A stretch of DNA of 64,000 nt from Octopus vulgaris (Eukaryota), in NCBI GenBank assembly GCA_951406725.2, contig OX597823.1, positions 58,404,001-58,468,000 of the forward strand, read 5' to 3'. Position numbers and translations under genes: made by a program. Positions 52,660 to 64,000 of this stretch are shown here, one piece after another. The notes under the pieces were generated by a model that was given only the letters and a program-made list of their open reading frames with translations, searched no databases and was not told the origin of the DNA. Position 1 is the first letter of the stretch, and each line of letters begins with the position of its first letter.

Positions 52660-52985
52660 ATCATTATCATCGTCATCCATTGTTTAATGTTCACTTTCCA
52701 TGCTGGCATATGTTGGATGGTTTTGATAGAAGCTGGCCAAGCAGAAGACTGCTTGGATGCCCTTCCTAATGCCAACCACCCAACAGAGTGGATTAAGTGC
52801 TTTTTATGCAGCCTGAGCACTGGCGACGTCAGTTTTGGCAATGCCAACCACTTTGCAGTGTGGATTGGATGCTTTTTACAGGGCACCAGCACTGGCAGGG
52901 TCACCAAGCAACTTGCAAGACAAAGATTCTTTGAAAGGGGAGGGGACACTGGAGGAGGTGATCTTGTGTCAGATGATGAAAGGTC
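52660..52985 (-). mobile_element. Short retroposon family E
   Basis: Reverse complement of the 'ttggcattaggaagggcatcca...ccagcatggaaag...cattaaac' family, with a trinucleotide tail to the left. Confidence 0.7.
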
Positions 52986-53324
52986 AGAGTGTGACAGAGA
53001 GAGAGAGACAAAAATTTACATGTTGTATATACTAACAATTTCATAAAATTTACAAGTACATTGTTACCTGTAGTACTTGAGTTCAATCTCCACTGGCAAC
53101 TATATATCCAATCAGGAATTTTGTCTCACTATATTGATTTCTCTACCCTTTATAAATACTAAATAGCAACAAAGTATCAAATTTCTTGCTGATATCTTTA
53201 TGATAAAGAAATTTAAGTCTTATCATTGCCCTGTTATGTACCTTTGAGCGTACCATTTCCTCAGAGTTTCAATCTACTGTTCAAAGCAAAAGGCCATGAG
53301 TTTACATTTCATCACTGGAACTGT

Positions 53325-53500
53325 GCATTAGTGGTATTTCATCTGTCTTTATGTTCTGAGTTCAAATTCCGCTGAGGTCGACTTTACCTTTCCTCCTTTC
53401 GGGGGTCAATAAATTGAGTACCATTTGCATAGTGGGGTTGATCTACTCAACTGGCCCCCTCCCACAAAATTTCAAATCTTGTGCCTAGAGTAGAAAAGAC
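53325..53500 (+). mobile_element. SINE family A, 5'-truncated
   Basis: B-box and core match. Confidence 0.8.
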
Positions 53501-53595
53501 TATTTATCATCCCATGGAGGCTCAGTTACTCAATTGCAAATGCATTAGAGTTCAGTCAGGTGAATGACAGATGCCAAGTGCTTAATATACATTCT

Positions 53596-53929
53596 GTGAA
53601 GGCATGTGGCTTAGTGGTTAGGGTAATTGGCTCATGACCATAAGGTCATGAGTTCAATTCCTGGCAACACATTGTGTCCTTGAGCAAGACACTTTATTTC
53701 ATGTTGCTCCAGTCCACTTGGCTTGCAAAAAATGAGTTGTACTTGTATTTCAATGGGCCAGCCTTGTCACATTCTGTATCATGCTGAATCTTCCTGAGAA
53801 CTATGTTATGGGTATGTCTGCAGAGTGTCTGTGGAACGGTTGGCCACTTACATGTTAATTTCATGAGCTGGTTATTTTGTTGATAGGATCAACTTGAACT
53901 TTCATGACCAACAGAGCGCCAGTCTAGTC
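53596..53929 (+). mobile_element. Modular SINE: H2 + M + T3
   Basis: TSD taatatacattct at 53583-53595 / 53930-53942. Confidence 0.88.
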
Positions 53930-54084
53930 TAATATACATTCTTGAAACCAAGGTCTTCTATGTGATCTGAGAAATCCCCACTCCAGTATGTTGTGTCTTA
54001 CTACAAATCCTCTTCTGAAGGCTCAGATATTTAATTGGAATTTCATTAGAATTCCCTTAAGAAAACAGCATGAGCTTTGTTGAT

Positions 54085-54850
54085 TCCTAGCCACATAGTT
54101 CTGGGGTCAGTCCCCCTGCATAATAACTTGGGCAACTATCTTCTACTATAGACTCAGGCTGACCAAAGACTTGTGAGTGGATTTGGTAGATGGAAACTGG
54201 AAGAAACCCATCGTATATGTATATATCTACATGTGTATTTGTGTCTATGTTTGTCCCTCACCACTGCTTGACAACTGGTGTTGGTTTGTTTACATACTTG
54301 TAATTTAGCAGTTTGGCAAAAAGAGACTGATAGAATAAATACCACGTTTAAAAAAAAAATAGAATAATTATAGGCATAGGAGTGGCTGTGTGGTAAGTAG
54401 CTTGCTTACAGACCACATGATTCCAGGTTCTACTACAGCCTCAGGCTGACCAAAGCCTTGTGAGTGGATTTGGTAGACGGAAACTGAAAGAAGCCTGCCG
54501 TATATATGTATATATATGTGTGTGTGTACGTGTGTGTATATATGTTTGTGTGTCTGTGTTTGACCCCCAACATCCCTTGACAACCGATGCTAGTGTGTTT
54601 ATGTCCCCGTAACTCAGCAGTTCGGCAAAAGAGACCAATAGAATAAGTACTAGGCTTACAAAGAATAAATCTTGGGATCGATTTACTCAACTAAAGGTGG
54701 TGCTCCAGCATGGCCACAGTCAAATGACTGAAACAAGTAAAAGAGTAAAAGAGAGAGAGTGAAGAGTATTCAGGTCAATTTATTCGACTAAAAATTCTTC
54801 AAGGCAGTGCCCCAGCATGGCCATAGTCTGATGTCTGAAACAAGTAATAA
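54085..54850 (+). mobile_element. Nested SINE family B copies (younger copy 54372-54750 inside an older one)
   Basis: The older copy runs 54085-54350 and its 3' end resumes at ~54765-54848. Confidence 0.78.
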
Positions 54851-55199
54851 TTTGGAAGCTAAAAGAATTGCTTGGTATGTAGTTTTGAATTTAATGTCTT
54901 CTATATGATCTAGATATGGTAATGGGGTATTACTACACCAGTATGTTGTGTTTTCTCAGAAATCCCCCAAATCAGCAAATTTCCAGAGCCTTATACATGT
55001 CACATAGCACCATAGCTCTATAACTGGAAAGCTTCCCTCCAAGGTTTATTCCTAGACAAGATTTTTTCTATGGAAATCTAGAAAGTACTTGCTCACACAT
55101 GCAAATATTCCCTCTCTCCACTACCAATTTTGTTCAGAGAAAATATAAGGGATTACAACAGCATGGTACTAGAGTCATCACAGGTTCTAACTGATTATC

Positions 55200-55530
55200 A
55201 GAACAGAAAAAGCTGGAGCAGATGTCGCAAAGCAATCCATCCAATACTCCAACAATTCTACCAAACCAATGTCTGGATCTGGTACTATACTTCTCTTCAG
55301 CCATCCACCAGGTGTCCTTCCTGTGTTCAGGGGTCAGCTTGCCAAGACATTCTAGTTCCCTCAGTGTTGTACTGCACAGTCAAGCTCTTACCTCCAGTTC
55401 ATTCTTTGATGTCATCAGTACACAACAATCTTTCGTTGATGTCATGCTTTCTTCCCTCCACTCTTCCTGTCAGGATGGTCTTGAGGCACATTGAATGTCC
55501 AAACTACACTAATTTTGTAGTTTTGATCCT
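55200..55530 (-). mobile_element. Decayed RTE-like LINE fragment
   Basis: Minus strand FGHSMCLKTILTGRVEGRK resembles L.KTILQG.VEG.R of RTE elements. Confidence 0.4.
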
Positions 55531-56603
55531 TAAAAATAGGCAATAGGAGTTTTGGAGCTTTCAGCTTTTCTATAACTGTAACCTTTGTTACCCTACCTTT
55601 CCAGTTTGTTCTACAGAGCCTGCAAAAAATCCACATGTAAGATTGTTGTTGTTGTTGTTGTTAAGCAACAAGACGGGTAAGGGTGATTAGGTGATGGTCT
55701 AGGGCTTAGGGGTGGGAGACCCCAGACCTTGGAAAAAAAAAAAAACTTTGGTTGTCTTGTTGTAGTCGAGGGCTTTTTGTTGATGCCTAACACCACTGGG
55801 AGGTGGCCCTCGAAGTTGCTGGAAAGGGAGATCTCCAGGTCCAAATTCTTGAACAGCCATTTAAAAAGATGAAAGGCAAAGCTGACAACAGTGGGATTTG
55901 AACACAGGGTACAAAGAGCCAGAGAAAATACTGCAAAGTCAGTACTCTAATGAATCCACCAATTCATTGCTTTAATTAGCACAATTATTAGGTTATTAAC
56001 AACAGAGTGAATCAGAAGTCATGCACCGAAACATTCAACATTTTATATGTATTATGTTATCAATATTGTTATTCATTTTGCTCATCATATACAAGTACAT
56101 GTGTACTCATCATTATTTTATTTTATTATTCAATTTTAGAAAAGATGAAGCATGTCTTTGACAGTTCCACAGCATATTTAACTTAATTTGTGCATGACTT
56201 TTGGCCCATCCAGTAGATGGCCCTTTGGCTTTACTAAGCAAGTATGGCTGTGTGGTTCCAGAATCAGTCCCACCACATAGCACCTTGGGCAAGTGTCTTC
56301 TACTATAGCCTTGGGCTGACCAAAGCCTTCTGTGTGGCATAAGGTGCCTGTGGAAGAAACATTATATTATGTTCTATTTCAATGTAGCATCCTCCTTCCA
56401 TTTTTTTTTTCAGACATTAGACTGTAGCCATGCTGGAGCAATGCCTTGAAGAATCTTAGTCAAACAAATCAACCCCAGTACCTACTTTGTTTAAACCTGG
56501 TTCTTCTTCTATCGTTTTTCTTTTTTTTTTTGCTGAACTGCCAACACTGGCTGTCAAGTGGTAGTGGAGACGAACACAGACACAAAGACATACACATATA
56601 TAT

Positions 56604-57094
56604 TGTGACCCCCTTTGCTCATGAATGACCATGGGATTGCACTGAGAAAGTTACAAGTCTGGGCAAGGTTGTTTATGGAAGACCAGCAGTCGCCCGTGCA
56701 TACCAGCCTCCCTTCTCCACACCACAGATGTTATCCAAGGGAAAGGGAAAGGCAAAGGCTGATACAGCTTGGCACCAGTGACATCGCAGCTCATTTATTA
56801 ACGTGCAAGTGGCTGAGCACTCCACAGACACGTGTACCTTTAACATAGTTCTTGGGAAGATTCAGCGTGACAAGGCTGGCCCTTTGAAATACAAGTACAA
56901 CAGAAACAGGAAGATAGAGTGTGAGAAAGTTGTGGTAAAAGAGTACAGCGGGGTTCACCACCACCCCCTGCCAGAGCCTCATGGAGCTTTAAGTGTTTTC
57001 GCTCAATAAACACTCACAATGCCCAGTCTGGGAATCGAAATCGTGATTCCACGACCGTGAGTCCACTGCCCTCACCACTGAGCCATTGCACCTC

Positions 57095-57095
<1 letters not shown>
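56604..57095 (-). mobile_element. Modular SINE: H1 + M + T1
   Basis: Colinear with 28546-29032. Confidence 0.87.
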
Positions 57096-57126
<31 letters not shown>

Positions 57127-57374
57127 CATAAATAATGAGCTTCTTTCAGCTCTGTCTACCAAACAGTAAATCAAAATTCCATGAATATTTAATATTCAAT
57201 TTTATTTATTCATTCCAATTATGGATGTTTAATAATTGAATGCTGTGAGTTAAAATCAACGTTTTGCTTTTATTAACGAAGTCTCATTTGCAATAATTTT
57301 TTTTGTCTTAATCTTGGAATTAAATGGTTTTGATTTACTGTCAAGTGACTTTCAGTCAACACTGTATATACATA

Positions 57375-58012
57375 TTCTTTTATTCTTTTACTTGTTTCAG
57401 TCATCTGACTGCAGCCATGCTGGAGCACAGCCTTTAGTAGAGCAAATTGACCGCAGAGCTTATTCTTTGTAAGCCTAGTACTTATTCTTTCGATCCCTTT
57501 CACCAGACCACTATGTTACTTGGACATAAGCACACCAGCATCAGTTGTCAAGTGACGTTGAGGGTACAACCACAGACACACAAACATATGCACATGCATT
57601 TATACATATATACATACATATATATATATTCTTACTCTTTTATTTGTTTCAGTCATTTAACTGTGGCCATGGTGGAGCACCACCTTTAGTCAAGCAAATC
57701 GACCCCAGGACTTATTCTTTGTAAGCCTAGTCTATCTAGTCACTTTTGCTGAACTGCTAAGTTACAGGAACGTAAACACACCAGCATCAGTTGTCAAGCG
57801 ATGTTGGGGTACAAACACAGACACACAAACATACACACACACACATATATATATACATATATAAGACGAGCTTCTTTCAGTTTCTGTCTACCAAATCTAC
57901 TCACAAGGCTTTGGTCGGCCCGAGGCTATAGAAGAAGACGCTTGTCCAAGGTGCCATGCAGTGGGACTGAACCTGGAACCATGTGGTTGGTAAGCAAGCT
58001 ACTTATCACACT
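57375..58012 (-). mobile_element. SINE family B: full copy (57630-58012) plus a second 3' half (57375-57600)
   Basis: Consensus match twice. Confidence 0.85.
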
Positions 58013-58014
58013 AT

Positions 58015-58240
58015 AGGTTCTACTTACCATTCTATAGGTTCTAAGGTTAAAATTATTTTTCTCGCCGGGAAGGTCAGATTCATTCCAACTGTTGTCACTC
58101 TTATTATTTTTCAAGTCAAAGAAGTAGGCTCGCCATCTTAGCCTGCTAATGAATTCTGTGGTTCGATGGATTAATGATTCCATGTATGCATTATTCGAGG
58201 GTATGGGAATATTCTTTGTGGAAAAACCCAGACAGTGTTT
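58015..58240 (-). mobile_element. Penelope-like element ORF N-terminal fragment
   Basis: LGFSTKNIPIPSNNAYMESLIHRTTEFISRLRWRAYFF...NNFNLRT matches the S.KNIPIP....Y...LI...E.FI.R.RW.A.FF start of PLE ORFs. Confidence 0.7.
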
Positions 58241-58349
58241 ATTTATTATGCAGCCTATATGAAGTGCTCAAAAGAGCAAAAGTTCCAATTCTAAAGGGTC
58301 GAAACAAACATGAGCAATGCCAGGCAATACTGCTAGAATATATATATAT

Positions 58350-58562
58350 ATTTCTTTATTGCCCACAAGGGGCTAAACACAGAGAGGACAAATAAGGACA
58401 GACAAAGGGATTAAGTTGATTGCATCGACTCCAGTGCGTAATTGGTACTTAATTTATCGACCCCGAAAGGATGAAAGGCAAAGTCGACCTCGGCGGAATT
58501 TGAACTCACAACATAACGGCAGACGAAATACGGCTACGCATTTCGCCCGGCGTGCAAACGTC
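58350..58562 (-). mobile_element. SINE family A
   Basis: Consensus match. Confidence 0.88.
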
Positions 58563-58791
58563 TCTCAGGTTCCATCTACTAGATCCACTCAGAAGACTTC
58601 GGTTGTCCCAAGACTAAGGTGCCATGCAGTGAGAGTGAACTCAGCAATATGTGGTAAGGAAGCAAGTTTCTTACCACGCAGCCATACCTGCACCTAATAT
58701 ATATTTTGCATTAAATAGTCTGATAATATTGACACGTGACTAAATTTCTATTGATCTTTATCAGTTTTGTTAAGTATTTTCATTAAATTTC

Positions 58792-59021
58792 TTTACCCAT
58801 TTTGCTACCATATCTATTTTGAGATGCTCTGTGTTTCTTTCAATTATTTTAAATATAAAAAAGAATTTAGTAAAATAACTTAGTTATCATTAAGCTAGTG
58901 TTAAGAACATAAATTGTGACTAAGATTTAGTGGAAGATTTTAATTGAAAACTTATGAAAAGAAGACATTTATATTACAGAGCCAAAGCCGGTTTTAGCCG
59001 GGTTAGTAACGAAAGGGTTAA
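58792..59021 (-). mobile_element. piggyBac-type MITE, second copy
   Basis: Reverse-complement homologue of 11571-11799; ends 'gtaacgaaagggttaa'. Confidence 0.78.
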
Positions 59022-59029
59022 ACATTAAA

Positions 59030-59390
59030 TATTGGTTTCAAATTTTGGCACAAGGCAAGCAATTTTGGGAGAAGTATAAGTCGATTACTTCAACCCCAGT
59101 GCTTCCACAAAAGGTCAAAAGGCAAAATTGACCTTGGCAGAATTTGAACTTCGAATGTGAATTCGGATAAAATACCGCTAAGCATTATTGTCTGGTATGC
59201 TAATGATTCTGCCAGCTCGCCACCTTCTTTAAACATTTAATAAGCAGCATTTTGTCCATCTTCACATTCTGAGCTCAAATTCTGATAAGGTCAACTTTTG
59301 TCTTTCAGCCTTTTGGGGTCATTGGGTTGATGTAATCAGCCTCTCCCTTCCTTCAAAATCTCCTGGTTCTGTGCCAAATTTTGAAAGCAG
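59030..59390. mobile_element. Two diverged SINE A copies head-to-head
   Basis: Minus copy 59030-59227, plus partial copy 59245-59390. Confidence 0.7.
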
Positions 59391-59794
59391 TACTGAAAAG
59401 TAGCCACAACATGAAAGAATGAATGAATTATTGTTTTTAAATCAAGAGATTTTTTTTATTAATTGTCCTTTGAAATTTAATTTTAAAAATTTATATGATA
59501 GGAGCTGATAAGTCATCAACGATTCCGTACAAGAGTCAATAGTAGCCAAATTTCTCTTAAAGCACATCTCTTAAATATCAAAGGACATCTTGGTGAAGTA
59601 GTTTAGGTGCACTCTGCTGATAGAAAAAGGCTTGATGGTCACATTAGGAATGTTATTATACATGGCTGATTTAGTGCTTTTTAAAGAGACATCTTATTTA
59701 ACGATATTTAAGAATACTAATTTATAATTATTAACGAATGTACATATATATGTATGTGTGTGTGTGTGTGTATATATATATCTACACACACTGA

Positions 59795-60127
59795 AACCCC
59801 CTTCGGTCATGACTGACCATGGGATTACACCTAGGAAGTTACCCTCCCAGGCACAAGTCTGGGCAAGGTTGTTTATGGAAGACCAGCAGTCACCCATGCA
59901 TACTGGCCTCCCCTCTCCACGCCACCAGTGTTATCCAAGGGAAAAGCAAAGGACGATACAGCTTGGCACCTGTGACATCACAACTCATTTCTATAGCTGA
60001 GTGAGCTGCAGCAACGTGAAATAAAGTGTCTTGCTCAAGAACACAACACGTAGCCCGGTCCGGTATTTGAACTCACAACTTCGCAATTGTAAGCTCAACG
60101 CTCAAACCACTGAGCAATGTGCCTTCA
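59795..60127 (-). mobile_element. Modular SINE: H2 + T1
   Basis: Homologous to 47519-47847. Confidence 0.88.
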
Positions 60128-60479
60128 CATATATTTTGCTTGTTTGGCTATTTAAATGAGGCAAATAAGTTTAAATCATAGTAATTTTCACACAGTTATG
60201 ACTGTACACTCTCTGACTTTGATTTTTGCTATGGCTTATACAGGTTTCTAGCGACATCTGGCAATAATGAGCTGCTGTTGGGTAGCAACACTAAATTGCA
60301 TTATGCAATTCAGCTGCTGCAGCCTACATTTCCTTCAGTTTTAGTTGAGTTGTGGTCAGTGTATGGTGCTTGTTTGTTTCAAATGACGTTTTAGTTACTC
60401 TGTGTTGTATTAGTTACAAATTCACGTAGTAAGTTGCACTTAAAGTGTAAATAACATTTTATTTCAATTCCAGGCCGAG

Positions 60480-61729
60480 ATGGGTAAACAAAGAGATCTT
60501 AGTCCCCATAAAATTGGACAAATAGAAGTGTATTTGAAGGATGCCTCATTTAAATGGAGAGAAATTGCAACGAAACTAAATGTTACAACTCAATCAATTC
60601 GTGCAATTAAGAAAAAAAATGGCAAAAAGGGTGGGTAACTGTGGTAGGAAATGAGTAACAACCCCTAGGATTGACAGAAAAATAAAAAAAAATTTTTCTC
60701 AATAAAAGAAGAGCATCTTGTAGTAAGATTTCCTGTGAATTAATGGAAGAGAGCATCACTGTACATCGAAGAACGATTAACAACAGACTTTTGGAAGGTG
60801 GATTATATCATCCAAGGAAAAAAACCTTGCATGGGCTAAAAATCATATTGCATGGACTTCAGAGCAATTGGAGCAGGTAAGACTACCTAAATTAGTGGAT
60901 TAAAGTCTTTATGTATTGTGTCCATGATAAAATATGATATCATTGATAAAATAAGATGTTGCTATTGATTTCAGTCATCAAACCAGCTTTATAAGGGATT
61001 GTTTAAAAACAGCTATTAATTTCTGACTGTCACAGACTAAAACAATAACTTATTCTGGATGTCCTATTAATCAAATATGGTTTTTAATTGTTGCAGGTGG
61101 TTGTTTTTGGATGAATCCATCATAGCAGTGCTCGATGATCGGGTGCAAAGCTTGAGAAGGAGGCTTGGTGAGGAATTTTGTCCAGACAGTCTTTGAAAAA
61201 CATAAAAATTTCCACAGAAGACTATGGTTTGGGGGACAATTTCTGCCTATGGAACTAGTTGCCTGAAAATAATTGAAGGTTCTATGAACCAAAAGAGCTA
61301 CATGGAAGTACTTAGAAGTAGAGTAATACCACAAGTACAGGAATGGTACGGAGACAGGCCTTGGATCTTCCGACAGGACTCGGCACCATGCCATACAGCA
61401 AAATTGGTAAAGATATGGTTCACTGAAAATGCTGTTAAAAGATGAAATACAATCCCATATTACAATCAAAAGCCTCCTTATTGATCACCTCATACAGGTT
61501 TGGTTCCATTCAGATAGAATCAAGGACTTGTGCAGAATTAGTTTGTGGCATGCCTTGATGTGTACAAGCCTTTAATTCTGTTAAAGGAGGACAAATTGAC
61601 GGGTGAAATACAAGTTCTCTGTAAATAATAGGAAATAAATCATCTGCCAATACATTAATTAAGTTTAATTTACCTTTCTATATAGAAATACCAAAATTTC
61701 AAAGATCCATAATAATGTTTCCAGTACTG
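60480..61729 (+). pseudogene. Decayed Tc1-family transposase gene with an intron, plus right terminus of the element
   Basis: MGKQRDLSPHKIGQI...REIATKLNV (HTH), GNCGRK..TTPRIDRKI, WAK..W.SEQ.EQ | intron 60877-61096 | V.FLDES, MVWGTIS, QDSAPCHTAK, W...MP...KGG. Contains stops and frameshifts; the WP..SPDLNPIE segment is missing. Ends '...ccagtactg|ta'. Confidence 0.88.
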
Positions 61730-62179
61730 TATATATCTATATACAACATATGTATGTATCTCTCTCTCTCTATATATATATAAATATACACACACATACA
61801 TACCTCACTCTAAGTATATATATATATATATGTTTGTGTGCGTGCATGACTCAGAAATAACAGGTACCCATGTATTGATGCACTGGCTAACAGAGTGGGC
61901 ATACTATTATTATTAAAAAACCACAGTACCAATAGGGTTAATATAAACCCTGTTTCGAACCGGATGATTAAATGGTTGATATTAGAATATAATACATTTT
62001 ATCCTTGTTATTAATTATCATTATGTGGGGGCAACTCCCGTCCCTCGAGTCACTCCGTTAGTTCTGCTGATTAATTATGTATATATATATATATATATAT
62101 ATATGAGTATGTGTGTGTAGTAATGTTTTCAGTTCTATCACATTTATATACCTAGCTTATCATTATCAATAAGTATATA

Positions 62180-62497
62180 TGGCAATCCCTCACTCATATC
62201 GCGGTTGTCCCCTCTATGTTTAGCCCCTTGTGGGCAATAAAGAAATATATTTAAGCTTACGACAATTCTTTTGTGGTGTTGTTTCGCATTTATAATAAAA
62301 TAAATATTTATAAATTAGAGAAACAATTAGAAAAAAAATATACAGTATATCAACGGCAGTGCATCAGTATGGCCGCAGCTCTGAGCTGAAACAAGAAAAC
62401 GAAAAACAAAAAAAAGTACTGTTTCTACTTCGCGGATTTTCACCTATTGCGGGGGTGGATTTGGAACGTAATACCCGCAATAGTCGAGGGATTACTG
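62180..62497 (+). mobile_element. Tigger/pogo-type MITE interrupted by a SINE A tail fragment (62205-62247)
   Basis: TIRs 'tggcaatccctc...tatcgcgg' and 'ccgcaatagtcgagggattactg'. Internal homology to 211-380. Confidence 0.65.
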
Positions 62498-63094
62498 ATA
62501 ATGTATGTATGTATATATATATATATATACATACATATATCTATCTATCTATATATAGTATACTATGCTATACGATAATTGGGGTTGATTGTGCTGAACT
62601 ATTGTTATCAAGTGTCCCGGTCATCACATACAGCCTTTTTCAGGAGATGGGGTGACGCAGTCTGGTGGGAGCCCTATCAGATAATCGTTTCTAGAAGTAG
62701 AGACAGTAATGATTGTGATTTACGGAAGAATTGGCTGCTATTTCTAGGATAATGAGCAACTACAGGAGTCTCGTGTGTTGGTCCGTACACATGATATATA
62801 TATATATATATATACTTATACACTTTCCTCTCTCTTCACTAGGCATGCATGCGCGTGCGTTCTATATTTATAGTTTTAATAAGGCCGCAAAATAATTCGG
62901 GCGAACAGAATTTGAAATGGCGCGTTCCCTCTCAGTATGCAACTTATACATACTTTCATATATTCGAATATACATACATATATATACACATGTATTTATA
63001 TGTATATATATGCTGAGCGCGAATGAACAATTTCAAATTCATTTCAATCGTTGCCTTATTATAATCAAATGTAGCTAGCATAATAATACATATA

Positions 63095-63131
<37 letters not shown>

Positions 63132-63383
63132 GCATATGTAGGTATGTGTGTACTTAACTACAAACTATTCTTCGAAAAATAAACAAAAGGGCCCAGGTTG
63201 AAATGTAAGCTCTCCTCGTCATCCTATTTCATGTTACCTTTTACTAATTTTATTATTTACTTAGATTAAATTAGTTTGTGTCTGCTGTCTCATTTACTCG
63301 CTACATCTAATTAACGTTATTCGTCTTTTTTTTTTTTTTGTAATTTTTTGGAATTTTCAGTTCGTCGATTTTTTTCACATGGT

Positions 63384-63860
63384 TTTTGTACGGAAATGCT
63401 AACTAGATCATAATCATATCACCATTCAGGTTGATGCAAAACCTATTATGTAGTTTTCTGTAGTCACCCATTAATGGATTCACGCTTGCTAACAAAGACG
63501 GTGCTCTATATCCGCGCACGTGCTACATTTATCAAAAATAAAATCCGATAATTATACATTTATATTTCAAATTATGTTTTGAAGATTTTATATATATATA
63601 TATTTATATTTATATATATCACATAAATAAATTTAGAGATGGAAACCAGAGGCAAGTATTCTGTGTAAACAGTTCATTGTATGTTTTTATTTTTCATTTT
63701 CACTCTCGTTTTTTGTACGGAAAAGCTAATTAAATCACAGTCATTCCACCAATACACATCGATGAGAATCAATACTGTGATTTAAATCTTCAAAATCACC
63801 CCATCAATGGATACAATATGTTTTGCTGACAAGGAGCAGGAGACCTGCATCCGCGCACGT
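63384..63860 (+). repeat. Diverged direct repeat pair (~140-150 bp each, period ~327)
   Basis: 'tttttgtacggaaa.gctaa.ta.atca...tcaccc.at.aatggat...atccgcgcacgtg' at 63384-63522 and 63711-63860. Confidence 0.75.
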
Positions 63861-64000
63861 GTTTTATTTTTTTAATTAAAAAATCAAAATTCCCGAAGAA
63901 CAATTTTAAAAGAATCCAAACAATCATATATTTTTATTTAAAATTATATACATATTTTTAAAATATAAATTACACAATATTATAACTACAAATAAATAAT

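Noticed and set aside
59388-59400. cagtactgaaaag as the left TIR of the Tc1 element
   Set aside because: Only ~10 bases match, it is not preceded by TA, and it lies at the end of a SINE tail.

Overview
Eukaryotic, AT-rich, microsatellite-dense DNA. The SINE families and repeat landscape look like a coleoid cephalopod (Octopus-like) genome; this is inferred from pattern recognition, not a database hit. No intact host gene is visible, and almost every ORF in the supplied track is a translated microsatellite or SINE. The window is intronic or intergenic and is built largely from mobile-element debris. It contains: (1) several tRNA-derived SINE families, many with clear target-site duplications (TSDs); (2) 3' remnants of R4/Dong-like, CR1 and RTE LINEs; (3) fragments of Penelope-like elements (PLEs); (4) a decayed intron-containing Tc1 transposon, a mariner relic, piggyBac- and Tigger-type MITEs and a Helentron-like element. 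The most interesting signal is a set of minimal type I hammerhead ribozyme motifs: 13407-13452 (+), 43385-43429 (-), a decayed copy at 23729-23774 (-) and a degenerate pair near 27780-27866. One of them lies in a TSD-flanked mobile unit made of a tRNA-like Pol III head, a hammerhead and an inverted 5' duplication, which suggests a ribozyme-bearing SINE/retrozyme-like family mobilised by PLEs. A second notable pattern is combinatorial swapping of head, middle and tail modules among SINEs. Repeat boundaries were read by eye and are approximate unless a TSD fixes them.
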